Shown piece by piece: positions 8,797-17,419 of a DNA stretch of 32,000 nucleotides. Position 1 is the stretch's first letter; each line of letters opens with the position of its first letter. This stretch comes from Nostoc punctiforme PCC 73102 (GTDB lineage: Bacteria; Cyanobacteriota; Cyanobacteriia; Cyanobacteriales; Nostocaceae): the NCBI RefSeq assembly GCF_000020025.1, contig NC_010628.1, positions 5,610,001 to 5,642,000 on the forward strand, written 5' to 3'. The position numbers and the translations under genes are program-made. The notes under the pieces were generated by a model that was given only the letters and a program-made list of their open reading frames with translations, searched no databases and was not told the origin of the DNA.

Positions 8797-10326
8797 ATGA
8801 CTCTTTCATTCCAAGAATTAGGCATTTCCCAAGAACGTGTCGCACAACTAGAAAAAATCGGTTTTACCGAACCAACTAACATTCAAGTCCAAGCAATTCC
8901 CCAATTGCTGGGTGGTCGTGATGTAGTAGGTCAATCTCAAACTGGAACAGGCAAAACCGCAGCGTTTTCACTGCCTATTTTAGAGCGGCTAGATATTAAT
9001 CAAAAAGCCGTACAAGCCATAGTTTTAACACCAACTCGTGAATTAGCAATGCAAGTTCACGATGCGATCGCCCAATTCATCGGTGATGAAGGATTGCGGG
9101 TGTTAGCAATCTATGGTGGTCAATCAATTGACCGCCAGATGCTACAACTCAGACGTGGCGTTCACATGGTTGTGGGCACACCAGGACGGGTGATCGATTT
9201 ACTCGATCGCGGCTGTTTAAAGCTCGATCAAGTGAAGTGGTTTGTGTTGGATGAAGCAGATGAAATGTTGAGCATGGGCTTTATCGACGATGTGATAAAA
9301 ATCCTCTCGCAAGCGCCCGTAGATCGCCAAACAGCTTTATTCTCGGCAACAATGCCACCATCGATTCGGATGTTGGTGAATAAGTTCTTGCGATCGCCTG
9401 CAACTGTCACCGTCGAGCAGCCAAAAGCCGCTCCCAACAAGATTAATCAGGTAGCTTACTTGATCCCCCGCCACTGGACAAAAGCTAAAGCTTTACAGCC
9501 GATTCTGGAAATGGAAGATCCAGAAACAGCTTTAATCTTTGTCCGTACCAGACGTACAGCCGCAGAACTCACCAGTCAGTTACAAGGGGCTGGTCACAGT
9601 GTTGATGAATACCACGGTGACTTGTCTCAACAAGCACGGGAACGGTTATTAGTCAGATTCCGTAACCGTCAAGTCCGTTGGGTAGTAGCAACTGATATTG
9701 CAGCACGAGGGTTAGATGTCGATCAACTCTCCCATGTAATCAACTTCGACTTACCCGATAGCGTAGAAACCTACGTCCACCGTATTGGTCGTACTGGTCG
9801 TGCTGGTAAAGAAGGAACAGCAATTTCTTTAGTACAACCATTTGAGCGGCGCAAGCAGCAAACATTTGAACGTCATAACCGTCAAAGCTGGCAATTACTC
9901 TCAATTCCAACACGCGCACAAATTGAAGCGCGGCACATACTAAAACTGCAAGAACAGGTGCGGGAAGCTTTGACAGGTGAGCGTTTAGCTTCATTCTTGC
10001 CAATTGTTAGCGAACTAATTGAAGAATACGATGCTCAAGCGATCGCCGCAGCCGCATTGCAAATCGCTTACGATCAAACTCGTCCGGCTTGGTTGAGTTC
10101 AGATGTGGAAATACCCCAAGAGGAATCTTCTGCTCCCAAACCAAGATTGGGCAAGCGTCGTGAATCTTCCAGCGATCGCCCCCGTTCTGCGTGGAAATCA
10201 GATAGTAACAATGGTGAAGAAAGACATTCTTCTCCCAAGCCAAAACTGCGGACAAGTGGGCACGAGTCTTCTGCATCCCCTAGTAAAAAGATAGGTTCAC
10301 CTACAGCTAGAGAATCAGCTTCTTAG
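8797..10326 (+). CDS. DEAD-box ATP-dependent RNA helicase with a Ser/Lys/Arg-rich disordered C-terminal tail
   Basis: 509 aa with a Q-motif region, Walker A SQTGTGKT, VLDEADEM (DEAD box), SAT and HRIGRTGRAG. The last ~70 aa are low-complexity, rich in S, P, K and R. Confidence 0.92.
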   Translation: MTLSFQELGISQERVAQLEKIGFTEPTNIQVQAIPQLLGGRDVVGQSQTGTGKTAAFSLPILERLDINQKAVQAIVLTPTRELAMQVHDAIAQFIGDEGLRVLAIYGGQSIDRQMLQLRRGVHMVVGTPGRVIDLLDRGCLKLDQVKWFVLDEADEMLSMGFIDDVIKILSQAPVDRQTALFSATMPPSIRMLVNKFLRSPATVTVEQPKAAPNKINQVAYLIPRHWTKAKALQPILEMEDPETALIFVRTRRTAAELTSQLQGAGHSVDEYHGDLSQQARERLLVRFRNRQVRWVVATDIAARGLDVDQLSHVINFDLPDSVETYVHRIGRTGRAGKEGTAISLVQPFERRKQQTFERHNRQSWQLLSIPTRAQIEARHILKLQEQVREALTGERLASFLPIVSELIEEYDAQAIAAAALQIAYDQTRPAWLSSDVEIPQEESSAPKPRLGKRRESSSDRPRSAWKSDSNNGEERHSSPKPKLRTSGHESSASPSKKIGSPTARESAS

Positions 10327-10360
10327 TCAACAGTTAGAAGTTAATCAATTTTGGATTTTA

Positions 10361-10402
10361 GACTTGTCGTGAGCGTTACTTCGACAACGCTCAGTACAAG
10401 TC
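10361..10402. repeat. Dispersed hairpin repeat (gacttgt..gagcgtt / aacgctc..acaagtc) nested in a TTTTGGA/TCCAAAA inverted pair
   Basis: Imperfect 42-nt palindrome. Its arms match the module cttgtactgagcgtagtcg at 5555-5573. Flanking tttggatttt (10350) and aaaatccaaa (10432) are mutually complementary. Confidence 0.6.
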
Positions 10403-10471
10403 AGTTGAACGATTTTAGATTTTTTCTTCAATCCAAAATCCAAATATAAAATTGGAGAGTTGAGAGTTAAG

Positions 10472-10515
10472 AGTCAAGATTTTGGCTTTGGCTCTTGACT
10501 TTTTGGCTTTTTTGG
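10472..10515 (+). terminator. Candidate intrinsic terminator downstream of the helicase gene
   Basis: An 8-bp stem agtcaaga/tcttgact with a 13-nt loop is followed by ttttggcttttttgg. Confidence 0.4.
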
Positions 10516-10661
10516 TAACTTTTTCTACCAGTTTGCCGGAAGATCAATTAAAGATGCAATGACAAACTGACACTACCAGATTTACTGCCAGGTTGGGAGC
10601 TAGTAGTGTCAGAAATTTGGCCTCCTGTGTTTGGGAGTAGAGATGTTGCATTCCAACGTCT

Positions 10662-11609
10662 CTACAGCCAAGGACGACTAACTAGTTCTAACTCTCCAAT
10701 TTCATCGTCGCTCAATCTCCAGCCCAAAGCACCAGCATTCTGCCGTACTTGTTCGGCTGTCTTCACCCCAGCAATGGGAATAACGTTACCCTGAGCAATT
10801 AACCAGTTAAGAGCAACTTGGGCAGGAGTGCGATCGTATTTTTCCCCGAAGTTACGTAGCAAAGATATGACTGGGGAAATTTTTTGCAGACCTTCTTTCT
10901 TAAATCGCGAGTCTATTTTTCTCGCACCAGTGGGGGTTTCAGCACTATCAATACTGTACTTTCCTGTGAGTAATCCCTGTGCTAAAGGACTGTATGCCAA
11001 GATAGTCACACCCAACTCACGCGCAGTTGCCAAAATACCTTTGCTTTCAATTTGGCGACTGAGTAAAGAATAACGGACTTGGTTTACAGCCAAAGGCACT
11101 CCCCGATCCGCTAATATTTGATGCGCGTCTCGCATTTGCTCTGCTGAGTAATTACTCACACCGACTGCCGCAATTCTGCCCCGCTTCACTTCATCCGCTA
11201 AGGCATTCATCAAAGTTTGTTGACTTAAAAAGAAGGCAAAAGGCCAATGCACTTGATACAGGGCGATTCGCTCAAGTTGTAGCCGTTTGAGGCTGGCTGT
11301 TAAAGCATCAGAGACAGATTGGGCTGTAAATCGCCACGGTACGGGGCCAAATTTTGTGGCGATTTGTACAGGTTGTTGTGTGTGTTGCAGAAATTGCCCT
11401 AAAAATTCCTCGCTCTTTCCCATTCCGTAGATTTCGGCAGTATCAAAGAACGTAATCCCAGCTTCTAAGGCTGCGGTAAAGGCTTCTTGTAACTGTTCTG
11501 GACCGTAGCGATCGCCATAATTCCAAAATAGTTTATCACCCCAAGCCCAAGTGCCTATGCACAAGGGTGTAACAACTGGGCCATTCTGCCCCAATGTGAC
11601 ATTTTCCAC
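10662..11609 (-). CDS. Aldo/keto reductase family oxidoreductase
   Basis: 315 aa. The N-terminus LCIGTWAWGD, FFDTAEIYG, and the LYQVHWP and VGVSNY motifs are typical of the AKR family. Confidence 0.88.
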   Translation of the reverse strand: MENVTLGQNGPVVTPLCIGTWAWGDKLFWNYGDRYGPEQLQEAFTAALEAGITFFDTAEIYGMGKSEEFLGQFLQHTQQPVQIATKFGPVPWRFTAQSVSDALTASLKRLQLERIALYQVHWPFAFFLSQQTLMNALADEVKRGRIAAVGVSNYSAEQMRDAHQILADRGVPLAVNQVRYSLLSRQIESKGILATARELGVTILAYSPLAQGLLTGKYSIDSAETPTGARKIDSRFKKEGLQKISPVISLLRNFGEKYDRTPAQVALNWLIAQGNVIPIAGVKTAEQVRQNAGALGWRLSDDEIGELELVSRPWL

Positions 11610-11752
11610 GGTTGCAAAATTTAGTTTATTTACATTTCTTTACTTTTATAGTGTATCGTTACAGACAAGATTGGGTGTGGGTAAGTTGATCTAGTCTTAT
11701 TAAGGATCTTCACGGTGCGATCGCGATTTAAACCCTGAATCAAACGCGCATA

Positions 11753-11853
11753 AGGGACTTTCAGTTAAAAAAATATCTTGTTGTAGGGACGCAAAGCCTT
11801 GCGCTCCTAAAATCTATAAATAATTTGGGATAATTTATTTTTTGCAAGTCCCT
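11753..11853. mobile_element. MITE-like ~100-bp element with 8-bp terminal inverted repeats (AGGGACTT / AAGTCCCT)
   Basis: Terminal inverted repeats were read directly. An internal near-palindrome agggacgcaaagccttgcgctcct is present, the interior is AT-rich, and there is no coding capacity. Confidence 0.4.
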
Positions 11854-11858
11854 AAACA

Positions 11859-11892
11859 AGATCCCCGACTTCGTAAAAGTTGTCGGGGATCT
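11859..11892. repeat. Hairpin repeat agatccccgac-N12-gtcggggatct
   Basis: Perfect 11-bp stem read directly. It is of the GC-rich stem-loop type that is dispersed in Nostoc-like genomes (from memory). Confidence 0.6.
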
Positions 11893-11952
11893 ACGGGCTG
11901 CAATTCTCACATATCAAATAGGATTGCGATAGTTGAGTGTATTTACTTGTAA

Positions 11953-12177
11953 CTATGAACTAGATGGTTTCTCCTGCTTGACTTTTTTGATTAATTGCAT
12001 GTAGACATTAATTTCACTAATTTCTACATCATGCTCAACTCTGGTTACTTTCCATTTCTCTTTTTTTAGGTAAACTTCCTCTCCTACTCTGGGAGTAAAT
12101 TGAAGATCGTAGAACTTTTTTAGAAAATCTTTTTGATTTTCTTCCCATAATATTACTTTGACTGGTTCTTTACTCAT
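11953..12177 (-). CDS. Hypothetical small protein (74 aa)
   Basis: ATG-initiated ORF in an otherwise non-coding islet. Lys/Glu-rich, and no family was recognised. Confidence 0.35.
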   Translation of the reverse strand: MSKEPVKVILWEENQKDFLKKFYDLQFTPRVGEEVYLKKEKWKVTRVEHDVEISEINVYMQLIKKVKQEKPSSS

Positions 12178-12311
12178 TGCTTATGCCTTTTTGGTTACTA
12201 GATGAAGCTAAGTAGTTTGATGACATATAATACGGCAAGTTTATCTTACTAATTCAATGGAATAGCGTAGTTAAAACCACATTTTCATATTGATATTTTT
12301 ATCTGGCTTGA

Positions 12312-12512
12312 TTACGTCCGATAAAGTTACGGCGCGATACCAGAACTTTAATAAAAGCTACTATTAGATTTACTTTAAAATCTTTTATCAGTCAGGCAGT
12401 ATTTGCTGCTATTTTGGATATAAGTCTATCAACGGTTCAAAAGTGGGAAATCGTTCAGAAGCATCCCAGTGCCAATGCTTTTAAGCTGTTGTATCTAGTT
12501 AAGAAACCATAA
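12312..12512 (+). pseudogene. Remnant of an XRE-type helix-turn-helix antitoxin/regulator gene (no start codon)
   Basis: A stop-to-stop frame gives ...LKSFISQAVFAAILDISLSTVQKWEIVQKHPSANAFKLLYLVKKP*. This resembles the SQAVFA..LGVS..TVQ.WEQG.R.PSGAA..LL core of HigA/COG2944-like antitoxins. There is no ATG/GTG at a sensible position and no partner toxin ORF upstream. Confidence 0.45.
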
Positions 12513-12770
12513 TTGAATAGCGTGATTGATTAAAGGGTTAACCCTGGACGATTTGCATTTATAGTCAGAGTTTCTGCAAAGCTCAATGCTACTAATGATT
12601 TACGCTATAAACACAGCAAAAGATTACACAGCTACTTGATAGGATGTTTTAGAGCGTCGCACTTCTTTCTTCACAATATTTTGAATAAATATCATTATTG
12701 CTACTGATGCGGTTAGCAGTAATAGTTAGTGAAGCTAGAGAAGCATTTGAAGCTTGGATCGCAAAAAATT

Positions 12771-13244
12771 ATGTCTATTCCACAATTTCTTGCTGCTGCT
12801 AATGGCACAGCTCAGTTATGGTCTTCTGCTGACGGACAATTTTTAGGATTGCTATCAAGTGACCGATATGATATGAACTCCATTAGCAATCTTGATGGGA
12901 TTTATGGCAGTTTGCATGACACCTATAGTATTCGTAACCCGCATGGTTTATACGGAGGTATTCATGGAGGGCACAGTTCTTATAATCCTTACTGTGGCAA
13001 ACCACCTGTTGTTTCTTATCAAAATAAAATAGTGTTAGTTATTACTAGAAATACTAGTATTCAAACGAATGGATTACCAATAATTGATCCAGATTTTCTA
13101 TTAGGTGTATACATGCAACTTGGTTATTCACCAAATATATTTTACCCTACATCAACCCCAATGGATAGATTAAATCAAGCTGCTTGCAATACTCAGCAGT
13201 CTTTAAATCAATCAGCAGTAATTATTGCATCCATGTTTCGGTAA
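12771..13244 (+). CDS. Hypothetical protein with Gly/Tyr-rich N..YG..G repeats
   Basis: The tracked ORF starts at GTG 12729; ATG 12771 (MSIPQF...) is the more likely start. It has repeated NLDGIYGSLHDTYSIRNPHGLYGGIHGGHSSYNPY motifs followed by a beta-rich C-terminal part. The family is not identified with certainty. Confidence 0.5.
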   Translation: MSIPQFLAAANGTAQLWSSADGQFLGLLSSDRYDMNSISNLDGIYGSLHDTYSIRNPHGLYGGIHGGHSSYNPYCGKPPVVSYQNKIVLVITRNTSIQTNGLPIIDPDFLLGVYMQLGYSPNIFYPTSTPMDRLNQAACNTQQSLNQSAVIIASMFR

Positions 13245-13710
13245 TTGTTGTGTTATTTGTCTTCTGGAAAGGGAATAATTTCTCAGAGATCGATTACAAC
13301 AGGTGATTTAAAAGCCAAAGTAATAAGTAAAAGCTAGCGAGTTAAGCGTGCCGACGTAGAACAGTAAGTTGATAAAGTGTTTTGAATTTGTTGCTTAATT
13401 TTGCTGAATACTAAAGGTTAGAATTAATTTATTTCTAAAAGTTACTTATTATCTCGTCTAGCTTCTCAGATCCTTTGTCTCGTTCTTTAAAAACAGTAAG
13501 CGCTTGCAAATTTAGGTCAGGTCGATCTACTAGTTCGTTATTCATTAGTAGAAGTGCTATGCAAACTTTAGAGACTGGAGTCCCATCCTACCAAGTCCCA
13601 ACTGCGATGAAGTCATGAGCATTTAAATATGTAAGATTTCGGCGCGATCGCTCTAGAGACCATGAAAAGGCAATTGAGGATTTTAATCAAGCTCTCCTCA
13701 TTTTGCAAAA

Positions 13711-13756
13711 ATACAACAAAACACATAGAATGGACATTCTATGTGTTTTGTTGTAT
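13711..13756 (-). terminator. 46-bp perfect palindrome serving as a probable intrinsic terminator of the Rpn-like gene
   Basis: atacaacaaaacacatagaatg / cattctatgtgttttgttgtat are exact reverse complements separated by 2 nt. On the minus strand the hairpin is followed by TTTT (13707-13710). The TAG stop at 13739-13741 lies inside the right arm. Confidence 0.55.
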
Positions 13757-14560
13757 GGAAAGCTGGACAGCTTCTATATCAACATTGAGGTGTTGAGCAA
13801 TCTGCTCCACACTCATCCCTGTTTTTAGTAACAGAGGGACGGTAAGTTTCAACATTTCAGCTTCCCGTTCTTCTCGACCCTCTTCTCGACCTTCTTCTCG
13901 ACCCTCTGCTTTCGCTTCCTGATAAACCCTTGTTTGCTCCAAAGTCAATCCCAGCATAGCTTCAACTTCCTCTCTACTCAAGGTCGAAAACTTATAAACG
14001 GCGATTGTGGTTATGATGTCTAGTATTTCGTTTTTCGGCAGTGTGTCCGTTTCTTCTAATTTTACCCGCTCAATCAATTGCTTTGCTTGCTGTGCCATCA
14101 CTTCATCCGATGCTAGAGTCAACTGCATCAAGTTGATGCCTATTGGCTGCTGATTAGTCGCGCCTAATTCATCTAAATAGATTCGCTGCACTTGATCGCT
14201 GTTGAGAAATATTCGATGAGTTTTTTGATCGCTTGGTTCCAAAGAGCGTGATGAAAATATTACTACGCAGAACCAGTCATCGTACTGAGAACGATTCCGG
14301 TTCAGGTACATCAGCGATTCGGTAATGAACCGATGGTAGAGGGCTTCATCTTTTTGGAATTGAACTTCAGCAAAAAAGATCGCTCTGGATGTTGCATCCT
14401 CTGGAGGTAAAAACACACCATCCATGCGAAAAGCGGTTTCTTTGACTTCAACTGATTCAAATCGATAGTTTTGCCCTTGCAGAGGAGGATTATCAACTAG
14501 TTCAAAGAGTAACCCAGGAAAGCGCTTAAAAATTTGATAGTAAATAGAGTCTCGTTTCAC
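13739..14560 (-). CDS. Rpn-family recombination-promoting nuclease / putative transposase-like protein (PD-(D/E)xK N-domain plus DUF4351-like C-terminus)
   Basis: 273 aa. The N-terminus DSIYYQIFKRFPGLLFELV...FESVEVKETAFRMDGVFLP...FFAEVQFQKD matches a family that is highly paralogous in cyanobacteria (from memory). A (REEG)n tract is encoded by a 12-bp x3 tandem repeat at 13869-13907. Confidence 0.7.
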   Translation of the reverse strand: MKRDSIYYQIFKRFPGLLFELVDNPPLQGQNYRFESVEVKETAFRMDGVFLPPEDATSRAIFFAEVQFQKDEALYHRFITESLMYLNRNRSQYDDWFCVVIFSSRSLEPSDQKTHRIFLNSDQVQRIYLDELGATNQQPIGINLMQLTLASDEVMAQQAKQLIERVKLEETDTLPKNEILDIITTIAVYKFSTLSREEVEAMLGLTLEQTRVYQEAKAEGREEGREEGREEREAEMLKLTVPLLLKTGMSVEQIAQHLNVDIEAVQLSIQQNT

Positions 14561-14586
14561 TACTTCATCCTAAAATTCTCTCGTTA

Positions 14587-14681
14587 TCCGTAGGCGTAGC
14601 CCGCACTTCTCTACGAGACGCTCCGCGTAGCTTGCTTCCACGAAGTGGTACGACAAGCTCAGTGACCATCGTAGACATCGC
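14587..14681. repeat. Small dispersed repeat carrying a nested 65-bp insertion
   Basis: tccgtaggcgtagcccg (14587-14603) and tcgtagacatcgc (14669-14681) are contiguous in the uninterrupted 30-bp copy at 25214-25243. The intervening 14604-14668 holds other repeat modules (acttctctacgagacgc, cgacaagctcagtgac). Confidence 0.75.
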
Positions 14682-14755
14682 GGATTAGCAGCAAGCCATA
14701 AAAATTAATCCTAACTTGGCGCTAATCGAGGTCTATAACTGCTTGCCAAATAACT

Positions 14756-14805
14756 GCGATGCCTGTGGCGGGCGTTCGCGTAGCGTCTCGAAGAGAAGAC
14801 ATCGC
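14756..14805. repeat. Small dispersed repeat with gcgatg/catcgc termini
   Basis: It contains gcgtagcgtctcgaagagaagac, related in reverse complement to acttctctacgaga at 14605 and 5607-5623. Confidence 0.6.
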
Positions 14806-14901
14806 AACTTCCACTTTTCCTTAGCTGATTTTAAGCGGGTAGGGTTTATCTTTATTTAAAGAGAGAGATTAAATCCTAATAAACCATACGAAAAAATAGC
14901 T

Positions 14902-16335
14902 ATGGCAAGTGGTGAAGTATTTGATACCAAAACTAAATCCCTATCTCTGCCAAGGGTAAACCTGCTGACCATGTTCCGGCTGGGTTTATTTCAGATGGGG
15001 TTGAGCATGATGTCAATTTTGACTCTGGGCGTACTCAACAGAGTCATGATTCAAGAAATAGCAATTCCGGCGACGCTAGTATCAGTCGTTCTAGCACTGC
15101 CTTTATTTGTTGCTCCTTCCCGTGTTTGGTTCGGTCAGATTTCCGATGCCAAGCCGTTATGGGGATACCACCGCACAGCTTATGTTTGGGTGGGCGCGGC
15201 AATATTTGCGATCGCAGCATTTTTAGCTATACAAGTAATGTGGCAGATGAATCTTGCCGCTACTAGTGCAGGTGGTTGGACATGGACAACCCAAACAATT
15301 GGCTGGACAGCACTTTTAGCTTTGGTTTTTGCTGTCTACGGTCTAGGAATTTGTGCTAGCGGTACTGCCTTTGCTGCTTTGTTGGTGGATATATCTGAAG
15401 AAGATAACCGTTCCAAAGTAGTTGGTGTGGTTTGGTCGATGCTAATGGTGGGGATTATTGTTGGCGCGATTATCAGTGCCAGTTTGCTGAAACAGTTAAC
15501 GCCAGAGGCAACCTTAGAAACCTTACAGGCATCTATCACCAGGCTGTTTACTATCGTCCCAGCAATTGTATTTGGTTTAGCGATCGCCGCCACATTCGGC
15601 GTAGAAAAAAAGTACTCTCAATACTCAACCCGTTCTACACTGGTGAACCGGGAAGACAGTATTACTCTAGGCAATGCTTGGAAAATCTTGACAGCTAGCC
15701 CCCAAACAGGTATATTCTTCACCTTTTTATTGGTGATGACTATCAGTTTGTTTATGCAAGACCCGATTTTAGAACCTTATGCGGGTCAAGTGTTTAAAAT
15801 GCCTCTAGCGGGAAGTACCAAATTAAATATTTTTTATGGAACTGGTCTACTGATTGCCTACGGCGTTACGGGCTTTTATATTGTGCCGCGTTTGGGTAAG
15901 CGCAGAACTGCACGTTTAGGCTGTATGTTGGTAGCATTCTGTGCAATATTGCTAGGTATATCAGGATTCACCGCTAATGCAGCAGTTCTCAAACTAGGTT
16001 TGGTATTGTTCGGTTTAGCCACAGGTTTCTTAACTACAGCCGCAATTAGCTTGATGTTGGATCTTACCGCAGCGGAAGCCGCAGGTACGTTTATTGGGGC
16101 ATGGGGATTAGCGCAGTCCATCTCTAGAGGAATCGCCGTGGTAATCGGAGGTACAGTTTTGGATATTGGACGCAAGCTGCTACCAAGCCTAGAACTAGCT
16201 TATGGACTGGTATTCGTTCTAGAAGCCGTGGGAATGGTGCTGTCAATTTGGTTTCTGAATCGGGTGAATATCACAGAATTTCAAACAAGTACCAAGCAAG
16301 CGATCGCATCGGTTTTAGAAAGCGATTTAGACTAA
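14902..16335 (+). CDS. PucC/BCD-family MFS transporter
   Basis: 477 aa with ~12 predicted TM helices. The N-terminal signature MFRLGLFQMGLSMMSILTLGVLNRVMI...PLFVAPSRVWFGQISD is typical of the PucC/LhaA (bacteriochlorophyll delivery) family. Confidence 0.8.
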   Translation: MASGEVFDTKTKSLSLPRVNLLTMFRLGLFQMGLSMMSILTLGVLNRVMIQEIAIPATLVSVVLALPLFVAPSRVWFGQISDAKPLWGYHRTAYVWVGAAIFAIAAFLAIQVMWQMNLAATSAGGWTWTTQTIGWTALLALVFAVYGLGICASGTAFAALLVDISEEDNRSKVVGVVWSMLMVGIIVGAIISASLLKQLTPEATLETLQASITRLFTIVPAIVFGLAIAATFGVEKKYSQYSTRSTLVNREDSITLGNAWKILTASPQTGIFFTFLLVMTISLFMQDPILEPYAGQVFKMPLAGSTKLNIFYGTGLLIAYGVTGFYIVPRLGKRRTARLGCMLVAFCAILLGISGFTANAAVLKLGLVLFGLATGFLTTAAISLMLDLTAAEAAGTFIGAWGLAQSISRGIAVVIGGTVLDIGRKLLPSLELAYGLVFVLEAVGMVLSIWFLNRVNITEFQTSTKQAIASVLESDLD

Positions 16336-16342
16336 ACTGTAT

Positions 16343-16397
16343 GGGGCATTGGGCATGAGACCAATGACCAATGACAAATGACAAATGACTAATAACC
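16343..16397. repeat. STRR heptamer array (GGGGCAT, TGGGCAT, AATGACC/AATGACA/AATGACT)
   Basis: 7-nt periodicity fills the whole gap between the MFS stop and the ATG at 16398. Confidence 0.8.
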
Positions 16398-17204
16398 ATG
16401 AATGATTTTTGGACAACAATTCTAGATTTTGCCCAAACTACCACTACTAGAGTGGGCAAACAGCTAATGCAAGATTTTGGGCAAGTACAGGCTGACCAAA
16501 AAGCTGATGGAAGTTTGGTGACCCAAGCAGATAAATGGGCAGATCGGGAAATTCGGGATGCGATCGCTTCTACTTTCTCTGGTTACGGCATTTTGAGCGA
16601 AGAGAGCGATCAGTCTTTTCCCGGTACTGAGTGGTGCTGGGTAATTGACCCTCTAGATGGTACAACCAACTTCACACGCGGTATTCCCATTTGGACAATA
16701 TCTCTGGGTTTACTATATCGAGGTACACCAATTTTTGGGTATGTTTACGCACCAACTTTGAATCAAGCTTTTCATGGTTTCTGGGCAGGTTCATCTGGTT
16801 TAGCAACACCAACAGGAGCATTTCTCAACCACCACCCCATCCACACTAGTATTGATAGTCCCAGCAACAATCACTTTTTTAACCTCTGTTCCCGTAGTAC
16901 CGCAGCTATCAAAAACGGCTTTCCCTGCAAAATTAGGATGTTGGGTGTAGCTAGCTATAATTTTTTGACAGTTGCTACTGGGGCTACTCTCGGTGGGATT
17001 GAGGCGACACCAAAAGTTTGGGACTTAGCCGGGGCTTGGGTAATTGTTCAGGCTGCTGGTGGGGTATGGGCATCGCTTAAATCAGAACCGTTTCCGTTGT
17101 CATCGGGAGAAGATTATAGCGATCGCTCTTTTCCCACTTTGGTTGTCAGTCGTCCCGAATTAGTTCCGGTATTTCAACCTTTTCTAGATGGTGTAAAAAT
17201 CTAA
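16398..17204 (+). CDS. Inositol monophosphatase family protein
   Basis: 268 aa with the IMPase metal-binding motifs LSEES and WVIDPLDGTTNF, plus a WD.AAG-like motif (WDLAGAWVIVQAAGG). Confidence 0.88.
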   Translation: MNDFWTTILDFAQTTTTRVGKQLMQDFGQVQADQKADGSLVTQADKWADREIRDAIASTFSGYGILSEESDQSFPGTEWCWVIDPLDGTTNFTRGIPIWTISLGLLYRGTPIFGYVYAPTLNQAFHGFWAGSSGLATPTGAFLNHHPIHTSIDSPSNNHFFNLCSRSTAAIKNGFPCKIRMLGVASYNFLTVATGATLGGIEATPKVWDLAGAWVIVQAAGGVWASLKSEPFPLSSGEDYSDRSFPTLVVSRPELVPVFQPFLDGVKI

Positions 17205-17419
17205 TCAGCTGCTCTCACACTTCAAACAGTTATTTTTCAATCAGAGTAGTGAACACGGCGACATCCCGACATTAAAGTTAATAAAGCCCTAGTCAGACAG
17301 AGAATTGAGTATAAATAAAACTGGTAATAATCCTGATTTAAGTGCAAAACCAATGTAGTTACTAATTTAAGTACCGTTGTGGCTTATATCACACTGCTTA
17401 ATTTAGTATAAATAATTTT

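Noticed and set aside
9228-11073. Tracked ORFs 9228-9440, 9740-10003, 10007-10276, 10103-10294, 10606-10794 and 10828-11073.
   Set aside because: They are antisense or alternative-frame shadows of the helicase and aldo/keto reductase genes.
13510-13530. aggtcaggtc resembling the SRP RNA helix 8 region.
   Set aside because: The following conserved CGGAAGGAAGCAGCC sequence is missing, so this is a chance match.
13620-13705. Frame encoding ...RDHEKAIEDFNQALLILQKY, a TPR-like repeat fragment.
   Set aside because: Only about one degenerate TPR unit is present, with no start and with stops on both sides. It is too short to call as a feature, so it is mentioned only as islet debris.
14311-16459. 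Tracked ORFs 14311-14496, 15336-15593, 15432-15698, 15876-16175 and 16271-16459.
   Set aside because: They lie inside or antisense to the Rpn-like and MFS genes or span the STRR array, and have no independent support.
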